The notes under the pieces are model-generated. The model had not been told where the DNA came from and searched no databases. It saw nothing but the letters and a program-made list of their open reading frames with translations. A DNA stretch of 64,000 nucleotides from a virus: the IMG/VR virus record IMGVR_UViG_3300033120_000623, positions 8,012 to 72,011 of that record. One strand, written 5' to 3'. How positions within the stretch are numbered: the stretch's first letter is position 1; each line of letters opens with the position of its first letter. The position numbers were made by a program, and so were the translations under genes. Shown here one piece after another: positions 55,238 to 63,904 of the stretch.

Positions 55238-55514
55238 CTTTTTGCTCCTTACGTTTGATCATCTTTGTCTTCCTAGGTGTGTTGGCTCGGTGAACAAAAT
55301 TAGTTTCCACCCTTGCTAGTTCACTGTAAGGAATTTCCAATCCTCTCATGATGTTAAGAAGGGTGTTGGCAGTGAGACCTAGATTACTACCCGGTGCCAG
55401 CAATCTACTAAGACCAGAACTTTCGATGTTGCAAATGAACGCAACATCGGCCTGCTTAAAATTTCTCTTCTCCATGTACTCTTGGATTAATCCTTTAAAC
55501 GATGTCTTCTCCAT
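55095..55514 (-). CDS. XRE-family helix-turn-helix transcriptional regulator
   Basis: ...RNFKQADVAFICNIESSGLSRLLAPGSN... matches the HTH_3 pattern. Confidence 0.55.
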   Translation of the reverse strand: MEKTSFKGLIQEYMEKRNFKQADVAFICNIESSGLSRLLAPGSNLGLTANTLLNIMRGLEIPYSELARVETNFVHRANTPRKTKMIKRKEQKGEPIIAPEPKPQPATVLDTFAGDISVTSDSSCDLLPVGLLGNVRSKK

Positions 55515-55523
55515 GATCCCCTC

Positions 55524-55997
55524 CTACTTATACTGGTGTACTCTCTCAGCAGCAGATTTAACTGGGTTCGCTTTCTTCGGAACAATCTTTCCTCTTACAC
55601 GTGCCCAAACTTCTCCGGTGCCACGTTGAACACTTTTATAATTTAAGATCTTGAGGTACTCATCGGTTTCACGAACACGTTTTGAAATCGCTGTGTCCGC
55701 TGTGCCACAATAAAGTTTCATAGCTCTGGTAATTGAAGTCCCCGATTTAACTTCCTCTTCCAAATTTTTAAGGGTGACAGCTAACTCTTCATCGGACACC
55801 ACTCGGTTACACGCTGACATCTCTTGGAGAAACTGTTCCTTTGCTTCAATGAATCTTTTGTCTCTGGTCACTGCTGAGTGAAGAGCTGTTCCGTACTTGC
55901 AGCAGTTGTCTCGCGCCACCGTGGGCCGCATTCTGCTTTGCTCGTACATCACCAAAATATATTCAATTACTTCGTTTACCTTTTGCTGTAGTTCCAC
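55524..55997 (-). CDS. Hypothetical protein
   Basis: 157 aa. Confidence 0.45.
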   Translation of the reverse strand: MELQQKVNEVIEYILVMYEQSRMRPTVARDNCCKYGTALHSAVTRDKRFIEAKEQFLQEMSACNRVVSDEELAVTLKNLEEEVKSGTSITRAMKLYCGTADTAISKRVRETDEYLKILNYKSVQRGTGEVWARVRGKIVPKKANPVKSAAERVHQYK

Positions 55998-56400
55998 TTA
56001 TATCCCCCAATACTTTTGTGGCTTTACGAAAAATAACGTCTTCAATACTTAAGAGCGGCGGCTTGCGAGAAGGTGTGAAGTTTTTGTACTCTCCACACAT
56101 CACGACGAAGAAATAATCCTTCACCATGGTCAAGCATTCATACAGTGATAGAAGCTGGCGGCGCAGCTTAAGGTTTTCCTCAGCAACAGATTTCATTCTT
56201 CCAACACCCTCTTGTGGAAGCTCTGTGATGATTGTTTCAACAAGCGGAGCCGGATCAGTTTCTTGAGTAAAAATAACCGGAGGAGAATCTTTGCCTTCAT
56301 ACCTAACGATGACAGAGAGCTTCGCCTGCGGGTGAATGAGTGCCGCAATCTTTTCTTGCAACAGTTGAATGTGTTCTCTGGTACTAGCGTCCATTGCCAT
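55963..56400 (-). CDS. Hypothetical protein
   Basis: 145 aa. Confidence 0.45.
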   Translation of the reverse strand: MAMDASTREHIQLLQEKIAALIHPQAKLSVIVRYEGKDSPPVIFTQETDPAPLVETIITELPQEGVGRMKSVAEENLKLRRQLLSLYECLTMVKDYFFVVMCGEYKNFTPSRKPPLLSIEDVIFRKATKVLGDISGTTAKGKRSN

Positions 56401-56989
56401 TGATCACCCCATTAATGTATTCAGTGATTTGTTTCCCAATCATATTCATATACGACTCTATTGCTTCGTGTACTGGGATACTATCTGGGTGAGCCCTAAG
56501 ATGAGTACTGAAAGAGGCAACCTCAAATGGAGTCTTAATAATCACGGGATTAATGATTGCCTCTTCCTCTTCTTTGGTAAGTTTCTTAAAGAAGATAGTT
56601 GGGATTTCCTCAAATGAGGGAGGAAGCACATTGCCTTTTAGATCCACGGAAACGGAATTCTTTTTCTTAGCAGGAAACATGTCGATGATGTCTTGCAGTA
56701 CCATTTCTCTACTTTCACCTTTTACTCTGTCGCCTACACGAAGAGGTGTAAGCATTCTCACAAAGAAGTAAGAGGCCTCATCACGAGTCTCCTGAAATTG
56801 GAACTCTTCACCGATAAGATCTTTGGCCATGGTGAGCATGTCACTAATCGTCGTGGGCTTCTTAACAATTTCAAAAGCAATCTCATCACCTATCGTTGCG
56901 TGTGGGGAGTGATATCCCCAAGGCATGATAAGTTGTTGGTTGAATCTAGAAAGGTGGTCGATGAAATCAACTAAGCTAATTTGTCCCAT
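56384..56989 (-). CDS. Hypothetical protein
   Basis: 201 aa. Confidence 0.45.
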   Translation of the reverse strand: MGQISLVDFIDHLSRFNQQLIMPWGYHSPHATIGDEIAFEIVKKPTTISDMLTMAKDLIGEEFQFQETRDEASYFFVRMLTPLRVGDRVKGESREMVLQDIIDMFPAKKKNSVSVDLKGNVLPPSFEEIPTIFFKKLTKEEEEAIINPVIIKTPFEVASFSTHLRAHPDSIPVHEAIESYMNMIGKQITEYINGVINGNGR

Positions 56990-57297
56990 TACAACACCGT
57001 CGGGCGAACTTTGTTCGCTGCTTCCGCACCTTCGTGCATGTCATACATCGCAGAGATCTTAGACAGTGCCTCACCCAATGCATCACACGCTGCTTTGCTT
57101 GGGATAACAATCGAAGCCATCTTCTCACCGCTTTTAAAATCTTGGTTGCCCATGCCTAGAACAAAACCATACTTGCCCTCTTTCTTAAAAGATTTAGCAA
57201 GGATGAAGTCCGTACCTTTAAGCTCATGAAATGGTTCCCAATCTGCTTCCATTTTTAATCCGTTGAATGTTGCTGGTGCATGTAGAATCAGTGCCAT
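56989..57297 (-). CDS. Hypothetical protein
   Basis: 102 aa. Confidence 0.45.
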   Translation of the reverse strand: MALILHAPATFNGLKMEADWEPFHELKGTDFILAKSFKKEGKYGFVLGMGNQDFKSGEKMASIVIPSKAACDALGEALSKISAMYDMHEGAEAANKVRPTVL

Positions 57298-57635
57298 TAC
57301 TCTTTTCTCCTGTAGCGATTAATTTTTACTGAATAAACATCTGGGTCCGCTGCATCGTTGAACTTATAGTGCTTCAACACTTTGCGGATCTCCGTTTCTG
57401 CGCAAGCACGTGCCACCTTTCCAATAGGCAGCTTCAGTGCTTTGGCTAAATCCTTTACTCGTCCAGGTGGAACCGGGCGCTCACTGAACTCCCAGAACCA
57501 GAACAAGTTGTAAGGAATCTTTCCTGCCTTAGCCATGGCATAGGTGGACATGTTGAGTTCGTATGATCGGCGAGCGATAAGCATTCCGATCACACTGTCT
57601 CGCAGTGGCCTACGTTTTGATTTTCGTGGATTCAT
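57297..57635 (-). CDS. Putative DNA-binding protein (HTH-like segment DLAKALKLPIGKVARA)
   Basis: 112 aa, basic. Confidence 0.4.
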   Translation of the reverse strand: MNPRKSKRRPLRDSVIGMLIARRSYELNMSTYAMAKAGKIPYNLFWFWEFSERPVPPGRVKDLAKALKLPIGKVARACAETEIRKVLKHYKFNDAADPDVYSVKINRYRRKE

Positions 57636-57906
57636 CTGGCACCTGGTTATACGAATCGCGCATGAGGAGAAATCGCTGCTTCTCTTTTGCGATTTCCATG
57701 TTCGCCATTACGGTGAGAACACATGCGGAGTAAACGTGTGCTGTGTGCCGTGCCGTATGGACAAGGCAACTAACGATAGCCGCAGCAAAGAGGCCAAGGA
57801 TGCCGCTTTGGCCAAGATCCATGTGGGCCACGTTCATACATACGACTGCTGTTAACATGCCCAAGACGATGGGCCAAATTTCTAATGGACTAATATCTTT
57901 ATTCAC
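57610..57906 (-). CDS. Small membrane protein; first gene of leftward operon
   Basis: 98 aa; two hydrophobic helices. Confidence 0.45.
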   Translation of the reverse strand: MNKDISPLEIWPIVLGMLTAVVCMNVAHMDLGQSGILGLFAAAIVSCLVHTARHTAHVYSACVLTVMANMEIAKEKQRFLLMRDSYNQVPDESTKIKT

Positions 57907-58935
57907 ATATCCCCCGATTGCCGCGCAACATAGGGGCGTGGTTAAAATAAATCAATGACAATTTTTTAAGGGGCGGCAATTTGTGGCGCTTCCAATGTCC
58001 GTTATGTCTCCAAATATTTGCCGAAATATTGCCTGAGGTTTTGTCGGTTAAGTGGTGGAAATACCTGGAAACTTTCCTGGAAAATTGTTGGGGAATTTCT
58101 CGGCAATTTACCGCACTTTTTGCTGCAACATTCCGGAAAGGTTTGCGTCAAAATCGTAATGAATCGCCCAAGATTACGGGAATGTTTTTCTCGATAATCT
58201 CTGTAACTATGCGTGAACTATTTCCAAAAAGTTTCCAAAAATAGTTGGAGAGGTCTCAGAAAATTTCCTGAAACTATTTTGAAAACTATTTTGAAAAATG
58301 TTTTGCGGGGATTTTGTCGTGAGAAGAAATTATTTTTCTGCGGTGGAGAGAACTAGTTCGGCCAGGAATTTTACCAGCCTGACTTTCCTAATAGAATTAC
58401 CCGGGGCCACTTGAGCCAGTTCCCATTGGTTCGTTTTAAGATTTTTCGTTGAACTTTTATACAGTGCCGAATTTGGCTGAAGGTATTGCTTTAGAAGTTT
58501 TGCGCCAGAAAATTTGGCACAAGAATTTCTATTTGATTTGAGGTTGCGGGATTCGTCACTTCGTAAACTAGTTCGACAAAACCCTGATAGAAAGACACGG
58601 GCCTTGTTCCGATATACTTCGGACCTAGGCCGCCCTTCTTGTTTCACAACTTAATATAGATATATGTCTCGGTCTAGTAATGCCAACCAATGGGAAAATT
58701 GTCATCGGCGTTTAAAACTTATACAGGCTTTTCAAAAAGAAACCGATGCTAAGTATTTGATATCACGCAATCCAATGGTTGGCACTGGTTCTGCATTATA
58801 GCTAGGTATCTGAATAAATCAGAACGTAACAAGGGGTTCAAAATGGTTAAAGTAATGGTGTTGGGGAATGTAGCAGTGGTTTTAATGACGGTTTATAGTT
58901 TGGTTTCACTTTATATTTAATAACAAGGAGTTCAC
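57907..58935. promoter_or_regulatory. About 1-kb non-coding divergent control region rich in tandem repeats and palindromes (candidate early promoters/operators and/or origin)
   Basis: No credible ORF. Contains GGAAAcTTTCCtGGAAA at 58067-58083, an 11-bp x2 tandem at 58221-58242, a 12-bp x2 tandem at 58271-58294, and an inverted pair of TGCCAACCAATGG-like motifs at 58691 and 58772. Confidence 0.6.
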
Positions 58936-59520
58936 ATGTTTTCTGGTAGCTATTCACTTAAATTTTTCAAGCGTTTAAACGTGTACAAAAACAGTACGGA
59001 CAATTGTTCTTTTGATCCGAATACTCTAATAGGGCGCTCTTATAATTGGAATTTTTGCTCTAAGGTTTTCGGCGTGGTTGTGTTCAACGACTATCGTTGG
59101 TCACCTACTACTAGTTGTCATCAGAGCGCAGTAGTCAAAGTGTTAGAAGCTCTTAAAATCAAATATATTAAAATTGATTTTGATCGTTGGGAACCTCAAG
59201 ACTTAATTGATAGAGGTCAAGAAGTGATGAGACAACTATACCAAAATGTGGTTGAGGCACAAATTGCAGTGGACACATCACGTCCCAACTCACGCGCTCA
59301 TGATTCCCGTGTCTATATGGTTAAGAGAGCGCAAAAAGCATTTGATCAAATTCAGGCCCTTGATAAAAGTCTCGTGCTTAGTCAAGCGGACAAGAATGCT
59401 ATAATTGAAAAATGTTTAGATGCCAAAGTCGAGGAAGTGTCTCACCAGTGCAGTGAAAGTACTTTCAAATTTCTATCACTTAAACGTGCAGGCTTAGACG
59501 TTGCACCTATTGCAATCTAA
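58936..59520 (+). CDS. Hypothetical protein, first gene of rightward operon
   Basis: Strong RBS AACAAGGAGTTCAC-ATG; 194 aa. Confidence 0.55.
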   Translation: MFSGSYSLKFFKRLNVYKNSTDNCSFDPNTLIGRSYNWNFCSKVFGVVVFNDYRWSPTTSCHQSAVVKVLEALKIKYIKIDFDRWEPQDLIDRGQEVMRQLYQNVVEAQIAVDTSRPNSRAHDSRVYMVKRAQKAFDQIQALDKSLVLSQADKNAIIEKCLDAKVEEVSHQCSESTFKFLSLKRAGLDVAPIAI

Positions 59521-59530
59521 AGGATGATGT

Positions 59531-60529
59531 ATGAAAAAATTTAAAAAGATCTTAGAATTATTTATCTCCGGAAAAACAGGCACTGAAAGACGTGACGAAG
59601 ACACGGTTTACGTTGCCACTGCTAACGCTCTAGTTATCCGCGAGTTTGATCGTTTTGAGAACACTAGACAATACATCTTAGCAGTACGAGTTGGAAACAA
59701 CCTGTTAGGTAATAGTTCTATCATCACTCAAAATTATAACCGTCAAGTTTTGCCAGAACAACTTGAGATGTCTAGCAGAGTGACGATGATTCCTTTTAGC
59801 GTTTTACAACAGGCCGGACTTTCTTTTAATAATTTCGCCGAACTAGATGCGGGACCTGAAGAGACTCTTTGGAGAAAGGTCCATATTGAAAAAGCAACTG
59901 AAGACAAGTTCAATGCTTTACTTAAAGACAAGAACGTTAAAGTAAAATCAAAACGTAAGTTCAAAGACTACCAAGGCAAAAACTTCTTTGAGTTACACCT
60001 TTTACAGGGCCAGCATTTTGCAGGTGCAAGATTGTTCTCAGTATCAGGCCGTATCTTTTTGCTAGATATTGACCGCGTCGAAATTACTCACGGTATCGTG
60101 AACCCGTTCTTGGTTGAGATGCAAGACAAGTTTGTGAAAACAATCTCTGAAGCGTACGAGTCTCTTAAGCCCGATGCAGTAAAGCGTGCAGAGGCTGCAA
60201 AAATCCCGGTGCTTCGTCAAGGTGAATGGTTCTTTATTCCAGTTGAAAACGAGTTAGAAGTTGCCCGTATTAAAAGACAACGGGAACAAATTTTAGCCGA
60301 TGCAAAAAGACTCGGACAACGCGGAACTCCTTTGGCTGGAATTTTACAGGCCGGGCAAAATAGACCTAACCGCGTGACTGAGGCAATCGTATTAAAGGAC
60401 GATCACTTTGTGACCGGAACCGTTTCACACACGGGCCGTGAACATGCAGATATTAAATTGAAAAAATGGTACAGAGCCGTGCCTAACACTTCTCAAACTA
60501 GTTGGGCAATTACTGGAGACTTGGACTAG
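59531..60529 (+). CDS. Hypothetical protein (332 aa)
   Basis: GGATG start region. No motif recognised. Confidence 0.55.
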   Translation: MKKFKKILELFISGKTGTERRDEDTVYVATANALVIREFDRFENTRQYILAVRVGNNLLGNSSIITQNYNRQVLPEQLEMSSRVTMIPFSVLQQAGLSFNNFAELDAGPEETLWRKVHIEKATEDKFNALLKDKNVKVKSKRKFKDYQGKNFFELHLLQGQHFAGARLFSVSGRIFLLDIDRVEITHGIVNPFLVEMQDKFVKTISEAYESLKPDAVKRAEAAKIPVLRQGEWFFIPVENELEVARIKRQREQILADAKRLGQRGTPLAGILQAGQNRPNRVTEAIVLKDDHFVTGTVSHTGREHADIKLKKWYRAVPNTSQTSWAITGDLD

Positions 60530-60532
60530 ATA

Positions 60533-60747
60533 TGAAACGTAAAATAGTTTCCCTAGCAGAACTTAAAGACTACCAAAAGGCCGAAAACTCGGAACCGCAT
60601 ACGACTAGTGTGGACATCACAAAGGGTAACCAACGCTATGTACAGAAGCGCAAAATCAATATGAGTAAGCTCATGAGGAACGTTCTAACGGCCCTTGAAC
60701 TTGAAGACCGTGCCACGAACCCTCAAGACTTTATAAACGAACCTTAG
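60533..60747 (+). CDS. Hypothetical small protein
   Basis: ATG at 60533 inside track ORF 60502..60747. Confidence 0.4.
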
Positions 60748-60953
60748 CACTGTCTAAGATCTTTACAGAGTGTTGAACAATTTACGGCCCTTGCGGCGCC
60801 GTTAGGCCCTGTATTGTCCAATGGTTTGGCATTGGAAATGCAATGGATATAAGTAACAGAACGGGACACGTCTCAACCGCTCTGCTAGGCCCTAGTGACT
60901 ACCTTCATCTTTACTAGGGCCGCTTAATTTAAAAATATTTAAAGGACCTCGAT

Positions 60954-61106
60954 ATGACAAGACTCCAACAACTAGTTTTATTAAAGCAACTTGAAACATG
61001 CAACCTTGCTCTTCAGTTCGGAAAACTTAACGAAGACAAGCGTTCAAAAGTCGAATCTATCAAAGCAGAAATTGTTCAAAAACTATATAACGTGGAGTCG
61101 AAATAA
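60954..61106 (+). CDS. Small hypothetical protein (50 aa), below ORF-track cutoff
   Basis: Verified translation MTRLQQLVLLKQLETCNLALQFG... The stop overlaps the next start (TAATG). Confidence 0.35.
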   Translation: MTRLQQLVLLKQLETCNLALQFGKLNEDKRSKVESIKAEIVQKLYNVESK

Positions 61107-61468
61107 TGGGAAACGTAATCAAAGGAAATTTTCCGGAAAACAATTTGATCAAAGCGGAAGCAATGAAAAACGCTTCAGAGACTTATAAAAAAGCCGTTGA
61201 ACACGAAAAATTTGTGCTAGATTTTTGCCACGAAACCGTGGACTTATTCACTGAAGGTGTAGATTTTTCTATCGGTCGATGCAGATACGAATTCACTTTC
61301 GGGAATAAAGCAGTGACTGTTATTCCTGATTATATCGGCATCTTTAAAGGCAAAACAGGAATTCACTTATTTAAAAATGAAATGAGTGAAGAGCTACTGC
61401 ACCGGGAAATTTTAAAAGCTATTCAATACGACTATAAAATTGTTTACGTCCACGGCAATAAAGAATAA
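61106..61468 (+). CDS. Hypothetical protein
   Basis: 120 aa. Confidence 0.45.
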   Translation: MGNVIKGNFPENNLIKAEAMKNASETYKKAVEHEKFVLDFCHETVDLFTEGVDFSIGRCRYEFTFGNKAVTVIPDYIGIFKGKTGIHLFKNEMSEELLHREILKAIQYDYKIVYVHGNKE

Positions 61469-61481
61469 AGGAAATAAAAAC

Positions 61482-61850
61482 ATGTCTCAATCCCTAGAAC
61501 TGAATGTTGTTAGAACAATTTATTCACACGGTCCGTTTCGTATCGTCGAAACGTTCGACTTATCTCCGTCTCTAGAAGACTTAGAGGGGGATATTTTTAA
61601 GCCTGAATGCAATCCAGACAAGACCGAGGAACAACTTATAAGAGAGCGTGAGGCGTTTCACGATCTTATAAATGAGGTTGGAACGTTCGGCTATTCACTT
61701 GAAAAATGGAACCCTGAAATCGGTGCAGGTTGGGAACACGTGGACTCGTGTTGGGGTTTTGTTGGACGATATGAACCAGACAATGATTTATTCAATCACT
61801 ATATTGTGGACGAACTTAAACGCCGCATTCACGTTGAAACAGGAGACTAG
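61482..61850 (+). CDS. Hypothetical acidic protein
   Basis: AAAGGAAATAAAAAC-ATG RBS inside track ORF 61440..61850. Confidence 0.45.
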   Translation: MSQSLELNVVRTIYSHGPFRIVETFDLSPSLEDLEGDIFKPECNPDKTEEQLIREREAFHDLINEVGTFGYSLEKWNPEIGAGWEHVDSCWGFVGRYEPDNDLFNHYIVDELKRRIHVETGD

Positions 61851-61852
61851 CA

Positions 61853-62083
61853 ATGGGACAACTTTACATTTTAATCGTTTACGAAATTGAAACTAAAATT
61901 AAAAAGGTTTTTACGGGACGTTTCAAAGAATATCCCAATGCGGAGACCTTGCATAATTTTGAAACCAACGGTTTCGTATTGAATCTTGCAACTCAAAAAA
62001 TAATTATATCCTCTGAAGAGCAACTAGTAGACACTTTGATACTCAATCGAGGTTCTAGCAGTGGCATAAGAGATTACTATTAA
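61853..62083 (+). CDS. Hypothetical small protein
   Basis: 76 aa. Confidence 0.4.
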   Translation: MGQLYILIVYEIETKIKKVFTGRFKEYPNAETLHNFETNGFVLNLATQKIIISSEEQLVDTLILNRGSSSGIRDYY

Positions 62084-62094
62084 GGGATGCAACC

Positions 62095-62370
62095 ATGCCA
62101 AAAAGTAAATTTGTTCTGTTACAAGACGGCTTAGAGTTCCACGTTGAAAGAAGAGTCGGAACAATAGCCGATAATAAAAGAGCGACTGGTTTTGATAGTT
62201 TTCACGAGACTAAAATATCCGCTCATCGTACAGCCTTAGGCGAACTAGATTTAATTATTCAACGGCTAAATCTTTACAAAAGAAACCATGAGATTAAAAT
62301 TCGAGAACTCGAAAGAGATAATAAACTGCTATCAAAATTAAAAAAGAAGGTGAAACGTGGCAAAAGATAA
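62095..62370 (+). CDS. Hypothetical basic protein
   Basis: 91 aa. Confidence 0.4.
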   Translation: MPKSKFVLLQDGLEFHVERRVGTIADNKRATGFDSFHETKISAHRTALGELDLIIQRLNLYKRNHEIKIRELERDNKLLSKLKKKVKRGKR

Positions 62371-62584
62371 ACCTGTACACATGGTTCAAAATATCGTTTT
62401 AGGTTCCACTGAATGCGGCCTAACAGATAAGTTCGGCAAGTTCGCGATAAGCCTTATGGACGCTGAAGGTGTAACTTGTAAAAAGTGTATGAAGTCATTT
62501 CCCTATATGGTTGCAAAACAAAAAGAAAAGGATGCGTATGCAAAAGCTAGAAAGAATGCAAAAGCTAGAAAAGAAAGTGCTTAG
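62357..62584 (+). CDS. Small Cys-containing (zinc-ribbon-like) basic protein
   Basis: C..C ... CKKC; 75 aa. Confidence 0.4.
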   Translation: MAKDKPVHMVQNIVLGSTECGLTDKFGKFAISLMDAEGVTCKKCMKSFPYMVAKQKEKDAYAKARKNAKARKESA

Positions 62585-62963
62585 CTGTACATCTTCAGCG
62601 GCAGAGGCCGATGAATATTATAAGCTTAAAGACGAAATTAAAAAGGAAGCGGAAGCAGCAGTTCCCAACGTGTTCAAAGAATACCTAGACAACTCTAAAA
62701 TTCGCAACCTATCGTCAAGCGAGACGTTGAACCTTATAAACTTATCCACTGATATCGCCGCGACTACTATTAAGGTTTTATTCAATAGCAGTCTAGATGA
62801 TTTTATTAAGATCTTTGGACACCTTCACGGCCAAGCACTTTGGAACAAGTATAAAGTTTACTACAAGGGCAACGAAGGTGACTTCCTCTGCTATCTTGAC
62901 CACGGCAATCGTTGGCTACTAACCGATGCTACCATCAAAGGTATGCAGTCTGGTAAGTACTAA
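62511..62963 (+). CDS. Hypothetical protein
   Basis: 150 aa; the start lies inside the overlap with the upstream gene. Confidence 0.4.
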   Translation: MQNKKKRMRMQKLERMQKLEKKVLSCTSSAAEADEYYKLKDEIKKEAEAAVPNVFKEYLDNSKIRNLSSSETLNLINLSTDIAATTIKVLFNSSLDDFIKIFGHLHGQALWNKYKVYYKGNEGDFLCYLDHGNRWLLTDATIKGMQSGKY

Positions 62964-63085
62964 AAGTCTACACATCGAATAATTTTTACATCTCTCGGCG
63001 GTTCAACTCTCGTTTAATAAAGCGAGACGTTGGCCGCCTTTTTGCATTCTTGATTGTATCTTTACAACCAAAAGGAAATAGCAAT

Positions 63086-63394
63086 ATGGGACTAGCAATG
63101 GGTAATGAGACTAAAATTCCTAAAATATCTTTCGACTCGAAAGGCTTTAATAACGTCGATAAGTATCATTTCGGATACGGAAATAAACTGTTAACCGCAA
63201 CGGAACATTTTACAAAGTATCCGAATTTTGAAAGTCTTTGTTTTAAAATTGAACGAGTCGATGATATACACAATACCCTTGAAAGACTTGTGAGAGAACT
63301 TAGAAAAACAAGTATGATCTTCAGTCCCATGATTGACGACGAAATACAAAAAGCAGAAACGCTTTTACTAGAAATCAAGAACGCAAAATTTTAA
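63086..63394 (+). CDS. Hypothetical protein
   Basis: AAAGGAAATAGCAAT-ATG RBS inside the track ORF. Confidence 0.45.
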   Translation: MGLAMGNETKIPKISFDSKGFNNVDKYHFGYGNKLLTATEHFTKYPNFESLCFKIERVDDIHNTLERLVRELRKTSMIFSPMIDDEIQKAETLLLEIKNAKF

Positions 63395-63405
63395 TTATAG
63401 CTTCC

Positions 63406-63447
63406 AAGGCCTCAAGTTTTCCCCGATTCTTGAGGCCTTTTTCTTTT
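63406..63447 (+). terminator. Rho-independent terminator between convergent genes
   Basis: AAGGCCTCAAG-12nt-CTTGAGGCCTT followed by TTTCTTTT. Confidence 0.6.
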
Positions 63448-63904
63448 ACAGCGCGTGGATATTTGTGTCCGGTGCAATGATCTTTTCTCGCGCTTCATCA
63501 AGATGCGCTAACGTTAAATGCCTATCAAATTCCCTTGCCATTTTAAAGGTCTCGATAGCTACCTCATGTGGATCATCCAAACTAACGTACCCATTATAAG
63601 CCGCTAGTCTATACGCTGCTACTAAGGCAACGTTGCTACCCTGCTTACCCGTTGCACGTCCTGCTGTAGCTATGCGTTCCTCTGCTTCCTTATACCTTAA
63701 TGCACGTTCCCTCTCCATGTGGTCCACTGCACGTACATACGCTGGTGCTACCCCTGCACGTAAACATCCTAACACTTGACCTGCTACCACTGCCCTATGG
63801 TGCCTGCCTGCTACTAGTCTTCGCATCACCACATCTATCAGTACTTGCTCTGCAATACTTCTCTCTTCAGTCACCACATCCCCTTGCATACACATCTCCT
63901 TCAT
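63446..63904 (-). CDS. Hypothetical Arg/Ala-rich protein, compositionally GC-rich relative to the rest of the window
   Basis: 152 aa on the minus strand at the right edge. An 8-bp inverted repeat lies upstream at 63949..63979. Confidence 0.45.
   Translation of the reverse strand: MKEMCMQGDVVTEERSIAEQVLIDVVMRRLVAGRHHRAVVAGQVLGCLRAGVAPAYVRAVDHMERERALRYKEAEERIATAGRATGKQGSNVALVAAYRLAAYNGYVSLDDPHEVAIETFKMAREFDRHLTLAHLDEAREKIIAPDTNIHAL

Noticed and set aside
58330-58647. 105-aa minus-strand ORF inside the control region
   Set aside because: It lies within the repeat and palindrome cluster, lacks an RBS, and would be transcribed away from both operons. It is considered non-coding.
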